The position numbers and the translations under genes were made by a program. A DNA stretch of 63,978 nt, counting the filler, from Dimargaris cristalligena (Eukaryota): the NCBI GenBank assembly GCA_003614675.1. It is 4 parts of 4 records of this genome, joined end to end, with 100 filler letters (N's around TTAATTAATTAA, not from the genome) between each part and the next. Parts side by side here need not be neighbours in the genome. Positions count along the whole stretch, not along the records: positions 48,391 to 63,978 come from ML002877.1; 3 more parts are not named here. One strand, given 5' to 3'. The notes beneath the pieces were generated by a model. It was not told the origin of the DNA. It searched no databases and saw only the letters and a list, made by a program, of their open reading frames with translations. Positions 48,391 through 60,940 of this stretch are shown in pieces. Each line of letters starts with the position of its first letter. Position 1 is the first letter of the stretch.

Positions 48391-49911
48391 ACGCTGGAAC
48401 CATCGAGTAAATGACGGCTGCTCCACTGGCGGGTCCCCTGTACACTCGGCCAGTTTAATGTCCACGAAGGCAGGAATGTGGCCCAAGTAGAAAATGAACG
48501 GATGACGTAGGTGGATGGGTTGGGCGTTCATTTGGTCGGCGGGGATGATTTCGGTGGCGACTACGTCCCACGCGTCCCAGAGGGCCTGCCACTCCGCCAC
48601 AGACGGCAGTGCCGAAAAGGGGAGAGTTCGACCACCTCGGGTGGTATCCCAGTCGGCAGGACGGTAAGGGGGTGGAGATGCATGGGACTGGACAGTGTGG
48701 TAGCGGGGGAAGAAAACGGCAGGTTTGCTTACTAGGGACAGTCGGTAATCGTGGCCATCCGAACTGGTCCAGTGATTGTCCACGGCCAGGTGGGCACTAT
48801 GGGCCAGCTGGTGTATTCTTTCAAGGGAAAACTTGACAGAATATTCCAAGTGAATACGCTCACCCGCGTGCAGATTAATGCACAAGGGTGACTGTTTCCC
48901 CGGACAATTGGAGGGGACCGCTGAGTTCATGTGACTACCGGGACCGGATTCCTTCGCCGGCTCGTGGTACTCTAATCGAACGGCCCGGCGAGCGCGAACA
49001 TAGGTCTCCACCCGAGTGCAGTGGGGGTTGTACCAGGAATCATACTCAAAATCGGCCAAGTTGAAGAGGGGCTGGCCCAGGATGTGGTTGGCATGTGTGA
49101 GTCCATTGAGAATAAAGTCGGCGGTGATGCCGGGGGCGTCGTGGTAGGCGCGGTGAATGGCCTTGGGGTTATTGGGGCCATCCGTCCCCAACAGGAGGGC
49201 GTCGCCCGGCTCGAGGGCGGACTGTAGACGCAACAGGAAATCTTCCGATGCTTGGGGTGTGAAATTACCCATGGAGGATCCCAGCCACCAGATACACTTG
49301 CGGTGGCCGTTCGGGAGAGTAGGCAGGTAGACCATACCATCTTCGTAGGTACCCCACAACCCCACTAGATTAATGTTCTGGAAAGGGCCAATTTGGGCCA
49401 GCGACTCAACAAGAGCGCTGTGGTCCACGTCCAGTGCGTAGTAGGTAAAGGGCCGACCCAATTGGTCGAAAGCTTCCAGGAGCAGACGGGTTTTGCGTAG
49501 AGCACCAGCGCCCAACTCCACCAGCACGCGGTGATCTTGACAGGTCTGGGCGATGGCGTCGCTCTCCTGGGCCAAAATATCAATTTCGGTGCGGGTAAGA
49601 TAGTAGTCATCGGTGTAGGTGATTTGGTCGAAGAGGTCCAACCCGTGGGAGTCGTACAGAACAACCGTGGGCAATGTACGAACTGGATCAATGTGAGCGG
49701 CGTCGGGCTCAGCGGGGTTGAAGCCGGGGACGATGGAAGGCTGGGACAGGCCCTGGATGATGTCATGGGCCAGGGAGTGGGCCGGGGCCAGCTTCTGTCG
49801 CCGGATATCAATTATGGGAACCGATGGTTTACCATCGACCAGACCAGGGCCACACTTGGGTAGGGCCACCCCAATATCGGGCAGGGTGTCCAGAGAGTTT
49901 AACATATTCAA
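48391..49911 (-). CDS. EGT1: Ergothioneine biosynthesis protein 1 (histidine methyltransferase fused to sulfoxide synthase), 3' end cut by the contig boundary
   Basis: LPTVVLYDSHGLDLFDQIT..YYLTRTEI, LVELGAG..RKT, WLGSSMGNF, AYHDAPGITADFILNGL, GERIHLEYSVKF (EgtD-type MTase), then PIHLRHPFIFYLGHIPAF (start of the DinB-like domain). Confidence 0.93.
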
Positions 49912-51619
49912 GCGGGAAGGGTTAGGGTATTGTTAGAATAAGAGCAGCCAGGAATAACACTATCGGGCCAGGTGCTGACCGAGTGTGGAAAGAGACAGGC
50001 AGAAGGGATACGCGGGGGTAGACGAACTATAATTAACGAAGAGGTTCATTGAATCCCAATACTAAAGACGTAGATAGTGCCACATGAGTGAGTCCAGTGG
50101 ACAGGCTGTGGAATGGACTATTTATACTAGTTTCAAGGCATCTGAATAGAGGAAGTGGGTGGGGAAGGCGGCGTAGAACAATAGTGGGGATCGACTGGTA
50201 AGCTTTGGTTACGCATTTCCGTTTCAGTCGAAGAAACGAAGTGCCCGTTCGTGACGCAGACGCAACCGTACAACCACCGCACTCCCCTCGGATGGCAGTT
50301 GCCGCTGCTTATGCACCGATGGAGGCCATTGCCTTTCCTGGCCTAACGCCACTGTGGAGGCTGTTATATTAATGACCCCTCCCATGGACTTCGGCTGGGT
50401 AGAGGAGAGGAGAGTACCCTAGATCATACCCCTTTCACCACCTGCCACCCAGAGCAGGGGAAAAGCCACTCCTCTAACTAACGAGGGAGGGGAGAGGGAT
50501 ACTATATTCCCAGCCCTTGTTGCAGCAAGTGTATTAATGTCGTCTCGCCTGGTTGAGCTGCCGCTACCAATTGTTCTATATGAGGAAAGGACTCATGACT
50601 AGGTCTCGGCTAGACTGTTGACGTAGGCAGAGGTGTTACAGGTTAATTCCGAAGTGGGCCGATGCGGCGGGAGCTGGTGGTCAGGGGCAGTCAGGACGGC
50701 GTACCAAATGCAGACTATATCCCTTAATCGACATTGAGTACAGAGAAGTCGCGGCGTATCACAGCTAATATCGGAAGTAGGTGGGGTACTATTATGCCTT
50801 GTAATCAGCCGACCTTTCACACAGTTTGAGTCATTTAACCATACCGGCCATTCGCGATACGGGCTGACCGGTGCTATGTGAACCGATTGAACAGGTCTGC
50901 ATCCAACTAACCTCCACTTCGGCCAATGTTTAAGCCTCCTCTGTACCCTGGCCACCCTGGGCAAATTGAACTATTAGATAGAGGTAGCCCTGTGGGACTG
51001 GCAGGTGATTTTTCAAGTGGCATACTGGATTATGGAAACATCTGATTAATGTAGCTAGACTGATTTAGGGGAAGTTTAGTGTCCTCCGGCTTCAATAGTC
51101 ACCGCGCTATAAAACCAAACCGGCCTGTATGACGTGACTTAGCCTGTTCTGAGCATAGAATTGGGGACAGGTAGCAATATAGCATAGCATACTTCGGTGA
51201 ATTCGGGGGTAGATGCGGCAGGATGTCTAGGCCACACTATACCTAACGCATTTATTGGAATGGAACCCCGAGTCACTTTTTAAAAATAAACGGCCAATAA
51301 GGTACTGACTTGAGGGTTAAAAGAATTATAAGAGCCGAAAATGTCTGTGTAATGTCATTGAAAATAAATAAAAAAACTGAAGCAAATGTCCGATTTCATT
51401 TGAAGAAGTAGAAGAAGAAAATGTTAACGTAAAGAGTTAGGAATTCATGGTCCACGAGGGAAAATAAGATGAACGAGAATAAAGGAAAGTGGTTAGAGGG
51501 GTCTAGGGCTAATAATATATTACTCCATTTGGATAAGCCGCGGTTGCATATACAGTAGACCCCCAGAGTGAGGTGAGGACGCATTCATGGTTGGATATTT
51601 TAAAAACCCCCTTCATAGC

Positions 51620-52618
51620 TTAGCCCCGGCCACACGGACCAGCTGCAAGGTGCTGGATGGCCGCTTCAACGACTTTGGCCGGGGCGGTCGTGAAAAACGT
51701 GGCGGGGTAGAACTCGGTGCCCCAGTGAGGGTGCACCAGTACATTGCAGCAGTTGGTGGTCAGAACTTGGTAACGGAGCAGGTATTGGCAGCCGGCCACA
51801 TCGGAGTAATAGCCCGGGCCGCGGGGGGAGAACACGGGGTAGCCCGAGCAAGGGTCGGTGAAGTCCGCCCAGTACTCGTCGCCCATACTCCGGATACGGT
51901 CACGGAGCGCATATGCCCAGTGCATGAACTGGTGGAAATAAGAAGACCAACATAGCGTTGGAGGAATTGGGATATTTGTAATGGTGGGAGAGTGAGTGAC
52001 AAGGTGGGAATATAGCTAGGTACTGGAGGGAAGTGGGAGGAGCAGTTTATCGATGAGTGGTTTGGCAGTGAAATATTTACGGAGGTGACTTACATTGATG
52101 AGTTTCTGGTCTTTCTCGGCCTCCACATCGGCCCCTACAGCCACCAGGGACCCACAGGTGGGCTGGAAGGTCGGGATAACCAATACCGGGTTGCTCTCAC
52201 CGGTATGGGGATCGGCAGCTGTTCCATTGACGGACTTGGGTTTTCCGACCGAGGTGGACGCCGGACGAAGGTGAGGGAAGGTCAAGTACAGTTCCCTCAG
52301 AAAGCGGGACGAGCAGGTGTGAATGGAGTACTCGAGCGGAAAGGCGGGGGGAGGAGCGGGTAGCCCGCAGGTCTGCGGTAGCTGGATCCCCCAGGGGTGG
52401 TTTTGGAGTACCGCCGCGGCCGCCGCGGGCAGGGTGCGAGTTGCACTGGGTACCCGGAAAGTCAGGGTTTGGGGGGCTTGTAGTTGATTCCGTGGGAGAC
52501 GAGTGGTTTGGGACGGCTTAGTCGAACCACAAGGGCCTAGCGAGGCGGTGGGGCTATTACTGCTACCCTTGGGCAAGCTACGGGTGCTCCACGAGCAGGA
52601 TTCGGCGGCAACTGTCAT
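51620..52618 (-). CDS. MMADHC: Cobalamin trafficking protein CblD (exons 52094-52618, 51620-51928)
   Basis: EYSIHTC...LTFP, EAEKD, YWADFTDPCSG, CCNVLVHPHWGT..YPATFFTTAP motifs. GT-AG intron in phase. Confidence 0.9.
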
Positions 52619-53668
52619 GCTGAACCAAAAGAATACGCTATAAGACGAGGAGGGGGTGTGGTCAGGACCAGATATAAATCTGGGTTAAATGACAAGGCTA
52701 AAAGGACCAATTGGCGAGAGGGAGATGGAAATGTGGGTGAGACATGAGGAGCTAATTGGAACAAATGGAATGGCACGAATTCGAAGATAGGTGAACAGGG
52801 AATATTCGTTGCGTTATAAATTAATCTAACAGGATTTGATCGATTAGATATCGGTTGATGATTGGTGCCAATGGCACAGGATTGACGCATGCATAAAATA
52901 CAATACAATAAAATAAAATAAATGCGCAAAAAAATATCATGATTATTGTTGTTAGTATTTAGATCACGGCTCTTTCAAGATGAGATGATTCATCTATACC
53001 AACTGATTCGCTCAGCCGGCTGCTGTAGGGGATGTGGTATTGGTTTTACATTTTCACCTTTGAGACCAGAAACCCGCCTCAGCTGTGCCATGTTGGTTGA
53101 TGATACCCCCTACCACACACACTCTCTCTCTTTTCGTCATTCGAGGATGGGCCGTAATTAGCGCCAGGGGACGACGACTATCCTATAATTGAGAAGAATA
53201 CATAACATATAGCGCACCTCCCTTATAAGTGCATTATTCGGCTTGACTGCTGCTAACCTGGCCAGCGGAGTTTGAATGCTGTGACTATTCTAAAGGCACT
53301 GCCCTAGATAAGAAAGATGTATACTATATATACCCTTCGTACGTTTACCCTGCTCGCATTTTGCCCGATATTTTTAGATTATTTAGTGACTGTCTTTTAT
53401 ATTCTAACCCCGCAGGTTGCCAACGGTGCTTTCTTGGGAATACATCGGTCGGTAGCCGGTTTACTATGGCCGAGGCAGCCCCTTGCGGCATATAATGAGG
53501 ATGTTAAAGGCAATGTGTATTATCGAGACGGGAATAAAAATATTACAAAAGTGAATGGGAGGGGTGTCAAGATGGGTTTAGTCTGGAGTGGGTTTAAGAG
53601 GCTAGCATCCAGTCACCCAACACCAACTAAGCTCTATCCATCACCGGATATCGGGGGCCCCCCGCGGT

Positions 53669-54334
53669 TTAGAGCGACTTGCCCATAAACTTGCGCTTCT
53701 GAAAGCAGAGCCACCACTTGCTGGGGGTACCGTCGACATACACCCGTTCAACCAGGCGCTGGCCCAGTTCCTGGCGGATCTGGGTCAGGTACTGCCGAAG
53801 CAGATCGGTGTCGAATTTGCTCTCCGGGGTCGGGTAGAGGGAATAGAGGGGGAACGAGGTATCGCCGGGGATCGAGAAATTGGAAACGGCCAGGGTGTAC
53901 AGGGCCTTGGTGGCCTCGGCCTGCGACGTGTGGCGATTCAACTTGGTCAGGCATTCGGAAATGTACAGAATGAGGTAAATCAGCAGGCGGTCGCCGGGGC
54001 CCTTAATTTCAAAGTTGCGGAAGAGGCAGTTGGCGCGGAACAGGTCCAGGGCCTCATCGACGGCATCTTCCACGGACGGCTCGGCTGGGGGGTCAAGGAG
54101 AGACGCCCAAAGGTATATGCATTATACAAGAGGGGCTGGTTGTTAAGAGCTGGGTAGCGGGAACTGGTGCCTACTATGACCTGGGCTAGGTCAGTCAGAG
54201 ATGGCCAAGTGAGGAGGTGCTGGTTTACCTTGCGGGGCAGGGCCCTTGGCTTTGGTTTTGAGAGGGACCAGAGGAATGCCGCCGATGACGCGGTGGTCCG
54301 TAAGGGAGTTGTATGCTGAATGGTAGGCCGGCAT
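53669..54334 (-). CDS. ARPC3: Arp2/3 complex 21-kDa subunit (exons 54229-54334, 53669-54084)
   Basis: MPAYHS...GPAP...DEALDLFRANCLFRNFEIKGPGDRLLIY...PSKWWLCFQKRKFMGKSL. Confidence 0.97.
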
Positions 54335-54877
54335 GGTATTAAGGGAAGAGGGGTTATTAGTCCTAAACAGAGTGGATGGGGTGGATGAAACGGCGAAGTA
54401 GAAGGTGAAGTTGAGTTTAAGGAATTCAGATGGGGAGAGAGGCTACTAATAGAATAGGCCCGCACTGGGGGCTTGGCTGTATTCTCGTTTTAGCACTCCT
54501 CCCGCTGCCAAGAGAATCCAGCCGTTCCAAGTCCAGTCATTGACTCTCTAGTAGAGGGGGGGAGGTACTGTAGCTATTATCTATCTACTAATTATTACAT
54601 ACTTGCGTATGTGTGTTCGTTTGTATTGTGTACCCCTTCAACCCACCCACCACTAGTACCTTTTACTTGGCCCTACCTTCCCGTGGGAGGCCCTATGAAG
54701 TCGAAGCTCCATTTCCAGTTGTCGGTTGGTGGATTAATGGGGTGTGTTTTCTTGAATACCATCTCCGATAGGCTCTGGGGTGCGCCATGGCTGGTGACTA
54801 ACCTTGGAAGTGCCACAGAAAAAAAGAGACGCTGTACATAACACTGTCGATATGATGAGGGCTATCCAGCATTGTCT

Positions 54878-54928
54878 CTACCTACCTACCTACCTACCTA
54901 CCTACCTACCTACCTACCTACCTACCTA
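54878..54928. repeat. (CTAC)n microsatellite in the ARPC3/TYR1 divergent intergenic region
   Basis: About 12-13 perfect CTAC units. Confidence 0.95.
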
Positions 54929-55106
54929 TACAGGCAGCGGAAAGACCAAGTAAGTCGTGTGGTGGGTGAGTCAAGTGCGCTGCAAGGCACAGTCCCCTCG
55001 CCTGCCCTACCCGCTCATGAACTGAACCCTAAGGTCTGTTTGTTGCTGCCTCTTTCGTTTCTTATCCTCATACCTTATAGCTGTTACTATAGCCACAAGC
55101 CCCACC

Positions 55107-58100
55107 ATGGCCGAATCCCGCCCACCCGTCACCGGCGAGGCCCTCGCCAAGCTCAAGTCCACCTTCGAAATCGGCCTGATTGGGGCCGGTGAAATGGGTC
55201 TCCTCTACGCTCGGCAGCTTCGCGACGCCGGCTGGCAAAGGTACGTAGCTCGTCCAGTCCAGTTCAGGGTTTATCCGCTCGACCCACCAGAGTTCATTCC
55301 GGAAGTGTTGGGTGTTAGTTAGGGTAGTGGTGCCGTATGGGTGGTCTATTCATGCTATAAAAAGAAGCTGCTTAAAAGAATATCCCCTCGTTAACTTTTT
55401 TTTTACACGGACTCCCATTTCCCCCTGGATTTATATGGCTGGACGACTGCTGTTTATAAACCACAATAATAGAGTCAACATTTGCGATTTACCTTCTAAA
55501 TATAACGAACTCCGCAACAAACTTGCAGGTATGTATACCCCCCTCTTTACTGTGGGAAGGCTCATACATAATATAACCCATGGTGTTTATAAACCATTAA
55601 AACCTCGGCTCTTTGAACCTATGTTTATTTTCTTGTGCGAGATTGCCGCCAACCTTGGTGTTAACCATACCGGGCAATCCTATTTTGCATATGTTTTATT
55701 TAATTTGATGTGATTTCGTGTCACAGGGCAGGGTATCAATGTGCTTCCGGACGGCTATGCCGTGTCGCGACTCAGCGACTACATTATTTACTCCGTCGAA
55801 GCCGCCAATCTGCCCCGGGTCGTGGCTGAATATGGTAGAGGTAAGTCGTTCTGGCGAAACCAACCCCCTCCCCCACTCCTTCTCATGCATGGCAGATTAG
55901 CTAATGGTTTTAACAGCATTATCCGCCACATAACTGGGGCACATGCCAATTATACTAGCTAGACCTTCTGCGAACCATGGTCACTCATTCTAATTGTATT
56001 ACATTATTTTATAATTGACCCCCTCTAGCCTCAAAATGCGGTGCCATTGTAGGAGGACAGGTAAAATCCCCCACCTTTTCCATCTAACCTATTCAACAGC
56101 TTCACTGCATAATCCCCGCATTGTTGAATTATTTTACTAACATCCCACGCTTCCCTTAAATACGCGTCTTCACCCTGATACCCCACTTTCCCCCCAATCA
56201 CCACCAGACATCGGTCAAGACGCCCGAAATTGACGCTTTTGAGAAATACTTGCCATCGGATGTCCAAATTGTCACTATGCACTCACTACATGGGCCCAAC
56301 ATCAGTACACAGGGTCAGCCATTGGTAAGTTAAACTCAGTCCACAGGGGTGCTTTCACATACCCTCCCCACCACTTTATGATATTTAAATCACTACATTT
56401 TTAACCAGCTGTTTTAATTTACATCGACATGTCCCGGGGCTTTAGGTGGTTATTCGGCATCGCTGTGGTAACGAGGCCTACGACAGAGCCCATGCTGTTC
56501 TGCAATCGCTCGGTGCCAATATGGTCTATTTGACCTACGAGGAACACGATAGGTAGGCCCGGCTATGGCCTGTTGAACCAATCCCATTTAAAAGCGAAGG
56601 TAGCCAGCTTAGCTATCCCGTCCCGCTTTTACGAACCAATACCATATTTTTTATACTTACTTTACTATCGTCATGGTACCTTTTTTAGAATCACCGCGGA
56701 TACCCAAGCGGTCACACATTTGGCATTTATCAGGTAGGACCTTCGCCTTTATTTATATAAGGCAAATGCCCAAAACAAGAATACACTACAAATTATGACT
56801 TCGGATTAACCCACCTCTATCCAAATCGACCCTAATTCTAACCAAGCAATGTTCGGGAGACTGCCTTGTTTTGGCAAACTATATTATTTAACCCTCGTTT
56901 TTAGCATGGGCACGGCGTGGATGACCCAGAAGGTCTACCCAGTAAGTTTTTTAAAAGTCCAATATGGATATATTAGACGGTAGACGGGATCGGAGGAGTA
57001 GCCAGTGTATAAACAAATAGTAATCAATTCGTTTTTGATTCAACGTATATAAGGCATTGCTGATTTTTCTTGAAACTAATTACTCAAATCATTAATTGCA
57101 TATCCAACCTATATTCACATATGTTTTTTTACATTGAAAGTGGGAAAACCGAACCTACATCGGTGGCCTGGAGAATGTCAAAGTAAACATGGCAATGCGA
57201 ATCTATGGCAGCAAATGGCATGTTTACGCGGGTAAGTGATCATTAATTTTGTAAAAATGCTCTAAACCCGGACTACAATACTCCTAATACGTATGCACAA
57301 CCATCGTAACGCATTATGTGTAACTCGTATAAGATCCTTTTTGACCTATGCCTCTGTAAATACCATTTATATTTATACCCACGTGCCGGGTTGGTTGTGT
57401 TAGGTCTCGCCATCTTAAACCCGTTTGCGAAGGCACAAATCAATCAATACGTTCAATCGGTTGTCGAGCTTTACAAAATGATGATCTTGGGCCACAAGGA
57501 CGCTTTCCGGCGCCGGATTCATGAGGTAAACTATCGATCCCTTAATCCATTCAGGCGGCCTGTAATATGAAGGGGGGGGGATCTCACAAGCTCCAGGGAA
57601 ATTAATATGCCTTTGGCCAATTACGCGATATTTTATAACGCTGGTATTCACTCAAACTGGTCTTCATTGTTTTTCTTTTATAATATCCACTATTGTCTCT
57701 ATCACCATAGGCCCGCGAGTTTGTATTCGGCGGCCCTAGCAAGGATCGAAGCCCCATCCTCTTGAACGATCAGATCATGGACAAATTTTCCCTGGGCAAT
57801 ATTCCCAAACAAGCCCGTAAACCCAATTCACATCTGTCCTTGTTAGCTATGGTAAGGGCCAATTTTCTATTATTCAAATACTGAATCTGGCCTTGGCCAC
57901 ACTTGGTTGTCAAACAGGCCAGTTGGTTATTTTATTTGTTATCATGGGATCCACCGTTGCTGCTTTAGACTCGGTGGTTTTTACTATATCCCCTATTTGG
58001 CTTCATTCTGAACCCTCCCCTCTACTTTATTGTATACATGGATTTGATTTGCTATCCAACGCTTCCCCCAATACCAGGTGGACTGCTGGCATAAAATGGG

Positions 58101-58649
58101 AATCAACCCCTTCGACCATCTTATTTGCCAAACACCCCCGTTCCGCCTCTGGCTGGGGATTGTCGAATTTTGTTTCCGAAACTCGGAGATTCTGGAGGAA
58201 TCCATCGAAACGGCTATTAATGACAAGGAAGTCCATGCCGAGGACCTTTCGGTAAGTCATGCCCACATTGGACAATGCTACATATACTCCACTCACTCAT
58301 TCCTAAGGGGCTTTGTCTAAATAGGTTCTCGTGGGAGTATGGCAAAACTGCTGGCCAATTTGTACTAACGTTTTTTTCGGATATATATATATATATATTA
58401 TTGTCTATTTAAATATGGTACCATCTTTTTACTGACTGGATTCCTTGATCCGGCCACCCTACTACCTTGTAGTTCTTTTCCATGACCCAAGGCTGGGCCC
58501 AGTGTATTCAATCGGGATCTTTTGTGGGCTACCAACTGCGGTTTCAAGAAACGGCCCAGTTTTTTGAGTCGCGCTTAGATGAAGCCAAGGTGAACAGTAC
58601 GGAGATGATTAAACTCATCACTCAGAAAACCCAATCCAGAAATCTCTGA
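55107..58649 (+). CDS. TYR1: Prephenate dehydrogenase (13 exons)
   Basis: IGLIGAGEMG Rossmann motif, SDYIIYSVEA, VGGQTSVK, HSLHGP, EEHDRITADTQAVTH, KWHVYAGLAILNP, KPNSHLSLLAMVDCW, HLICQTPPFRLW, spread across 12 GT-AG introns. Confidence 0.93.
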
Positions 58650-59108
58650 TTTTATTAAGGACACGGCTTTTCTTTTTAACATGACGGGGTAGGCCCTAAT
58701 CAGATATAATGCTATGGCATTACCTATTGGTTTCCCATCCATCCCTTTTCGAAGTATTACGTAGTGGCCCATGATCGCTTTTTATTTTTTTATTTTGAAG
58801 TTTTTAGTTGAGATTAACAGATTGATAATTCGTAGGCGTATTAATGAAGTTCTTTTTGATTGCTAAAAAACTGTGTAGAAGTGAATCGGTGGCCCTTGGT
58901 GAGCTAAAAAGTGGACTTGTTTGCCGGCATGTTCCTTGTTTGGCATGGTAGGTTTCCAAAGTAAAAATATGAACTAGGCTGCTACATTTCTGTGTTGTTG
59001 AACACCTGGGCACAAACCGACCTGAACCTATACCAGCTTGCAGTCCGAGTCGATACCATCGCGAAGTTGCTGAAGCGGCCAACGTTGTTTTCAGTCTAAT
59101 TAGGCTAT

Positions 59109-59795
59109 TTACAAGCGGCCAGCGACATTTCCTTGGCTAGAGATACCGAGTCTGTTTTTCGGATAAGGACTTGTTACTACCCGGCTACGCCGTGGGGTGA
59201 ATCGGCATGCGGGCCGCGCTACAACGGGGCCAATCTCGCCCTCAACCTTAACCTGGGAGGTATCGGCGTTAGCGAAGCCTTCTACGCAGCTTTCTCCGCG
59301 ACCATCCATGCTACGCGCGACAGGCGATTCTCTGCCAAAGATCCCGAGGTGGTCTTCCTGGTAAGGGTTGGTTACTGCTTGACCACACCACGGGGCAAAT
59401 CGACATGCGGGTCGCTCTACAAGGGGACCATTCCTACCTTCAATTTTAACCTTTGCGATGTCAGCATTAGCGTCACTGAAATACTTTTCGTCATTTTCTG
59501 CCCATTCGAAGGGTTTGCGATCGATGTACGACTTTGCTTGGCAAGCAGCTCCTCCCGGGTGCATTGCCTGGTAAGCGTGGGCTGTTACTTGGTCATACAG
59601 TGGTGCGAATTGGCAAGTGGGTCGCCATAAAATGGGGTCATCTTCGCCTTCAATTTTGATATTCGGGAGATTGAAATCGCGTTTTTCGTCACCAATATTG
59701 GACCGGTGGGTGAGTTCACCTATGGCCAGGGCATCTAGTCCCGTGAAATATCCCAGTATGGTTAGAAGGGCTAAACAAAGACTCACTTTAGACAT
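59109..59795 (-). CDS. Secreted orphan protein with three internal repeats (228 aa)
   Basis: Signal-peptide-like MSKVSLCLALLTILGYFTGLDA, EKR site, and three repeats of (I/V)K(I/V)EG..GP...RP(A/T)C.F.P...VT.PY. Intronless. Confidence 0.75.
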   Translation of the reverse strand: MSKVSLCLALLTILGYFTGLDALAIGELTHRSNIGDEKRDFNLPNIKIEGEDDPILWRPTCQFAPLYDQVTAHAYQAMHPGGAACQAKSYIDRKPFEWAENDEKYFSDANADIAKVKIEGRNGPLVERPACRFAPWCGQAVTNPYQEDHLGIFGRESPVARSMDGRGESCVEGFANADTSQVKVEGEIGPVVARPACRFTPRRSRVVTSPYPKNRLGISSQGNVAGRL

Positions 59796-60940
59796 TAGGA
59801 AATAACCAATAGATGATATAAGGGTATATCAGCGTATAGAAGGGGTATTGGCAAATGGAATGATCACCTTGATTAAAATTGAGGCCAAAACAGCAAGTAG
59901 AAAAGGTGCTGGGGTGTTGGATAAGATCGAGAAAGAGAGAGGATAGAGAGAGCTCATATGGAAAGGAGTCCACTATATACTTGCTCCTAAATACACCTGG
60001 GTTTAGTTGAGTAAGGGCTGGGATTCCAAGGGACATATCCATCCAGCCTTCCCTATACACCCCCCTTCCAAGAACATAGCAAATTCGTTGAGCATGGCCT
60101 AAGAGTCCCCTCCATTCACTATAGATGGGGGAGGAGGGATGTAAATGTGTGGCTGACGGTGCGGGAGGAATTGGGTGTACAGGGTAAATGTAACCTTCTA
60201 TAGTTGCCGTATTGCCCCCCCCCCCAAGGTACCTCGAGAATAAATGTGGACTGATGACGGCCGCACGCTGAGGCCATTAACGAGACGGGGGGAGGGTAAT
60301 GATATTACATTAAGGAAAGATTGGTCGACCCAACTCACACTGTCTGTGTCACTTGATCAAACTCAGAGGGGCGCCATCGTTCCGCTGTTTTGAAACCAAT
60401 TTTCTAGGCATCTGTGCCATTGCTTATACCGGAATGATATATAATCGAGGGTCTATTAGGTGACACTGTGGCGCATAAGGATAGTCTGGGCATCGTTTGG
60501 TTATTCCCATAATTTATTTAGTAAAGGTCTATTTGAATAAAATAACAGGCATGTTCATATTTCAAATTCAGCATTTTTCAACCGAGATTCATCCTACTTG
60601 TTATATTTATCGGCCCATCGGAGCATATCAAGCGGATAACTGTCACGAGGGCATTGGTTGGAGTAGATGAAAAAGGACTTTCGTTGGATTTCCCCATTCC
60701 AAGTCCATTTGCCACACCTGGCCATTTCCCACCACTAACCCCGATTCATTATTAAAGCCAAGATTGGTGGTGATATTTGGACTGGTTGATCAGTCGCTCT
60801 AAATAAGTGTCCATAAAAAGACCTCTCTTTTTAATGGGGATGAAATCGGGCCAAGTGAAAGCTCATAGTATGTACATAAATCAAACGGATATACCTTTAG
60901 CTAAGGATCTCTATAGAAACTGATTAAATCCCGACACTCC

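Noticed and set aside
44892..49911. Amino-acid sensor next to EGT1 as a metabolic cluster
   Set aside because: The two genes are on different contigs separated by an artificial spacer.
54872..55192. ORF with (PTYL)n repeats
   Set aside because: Translation of the (CTAC)n microsatellite, out of frame with TYR1.
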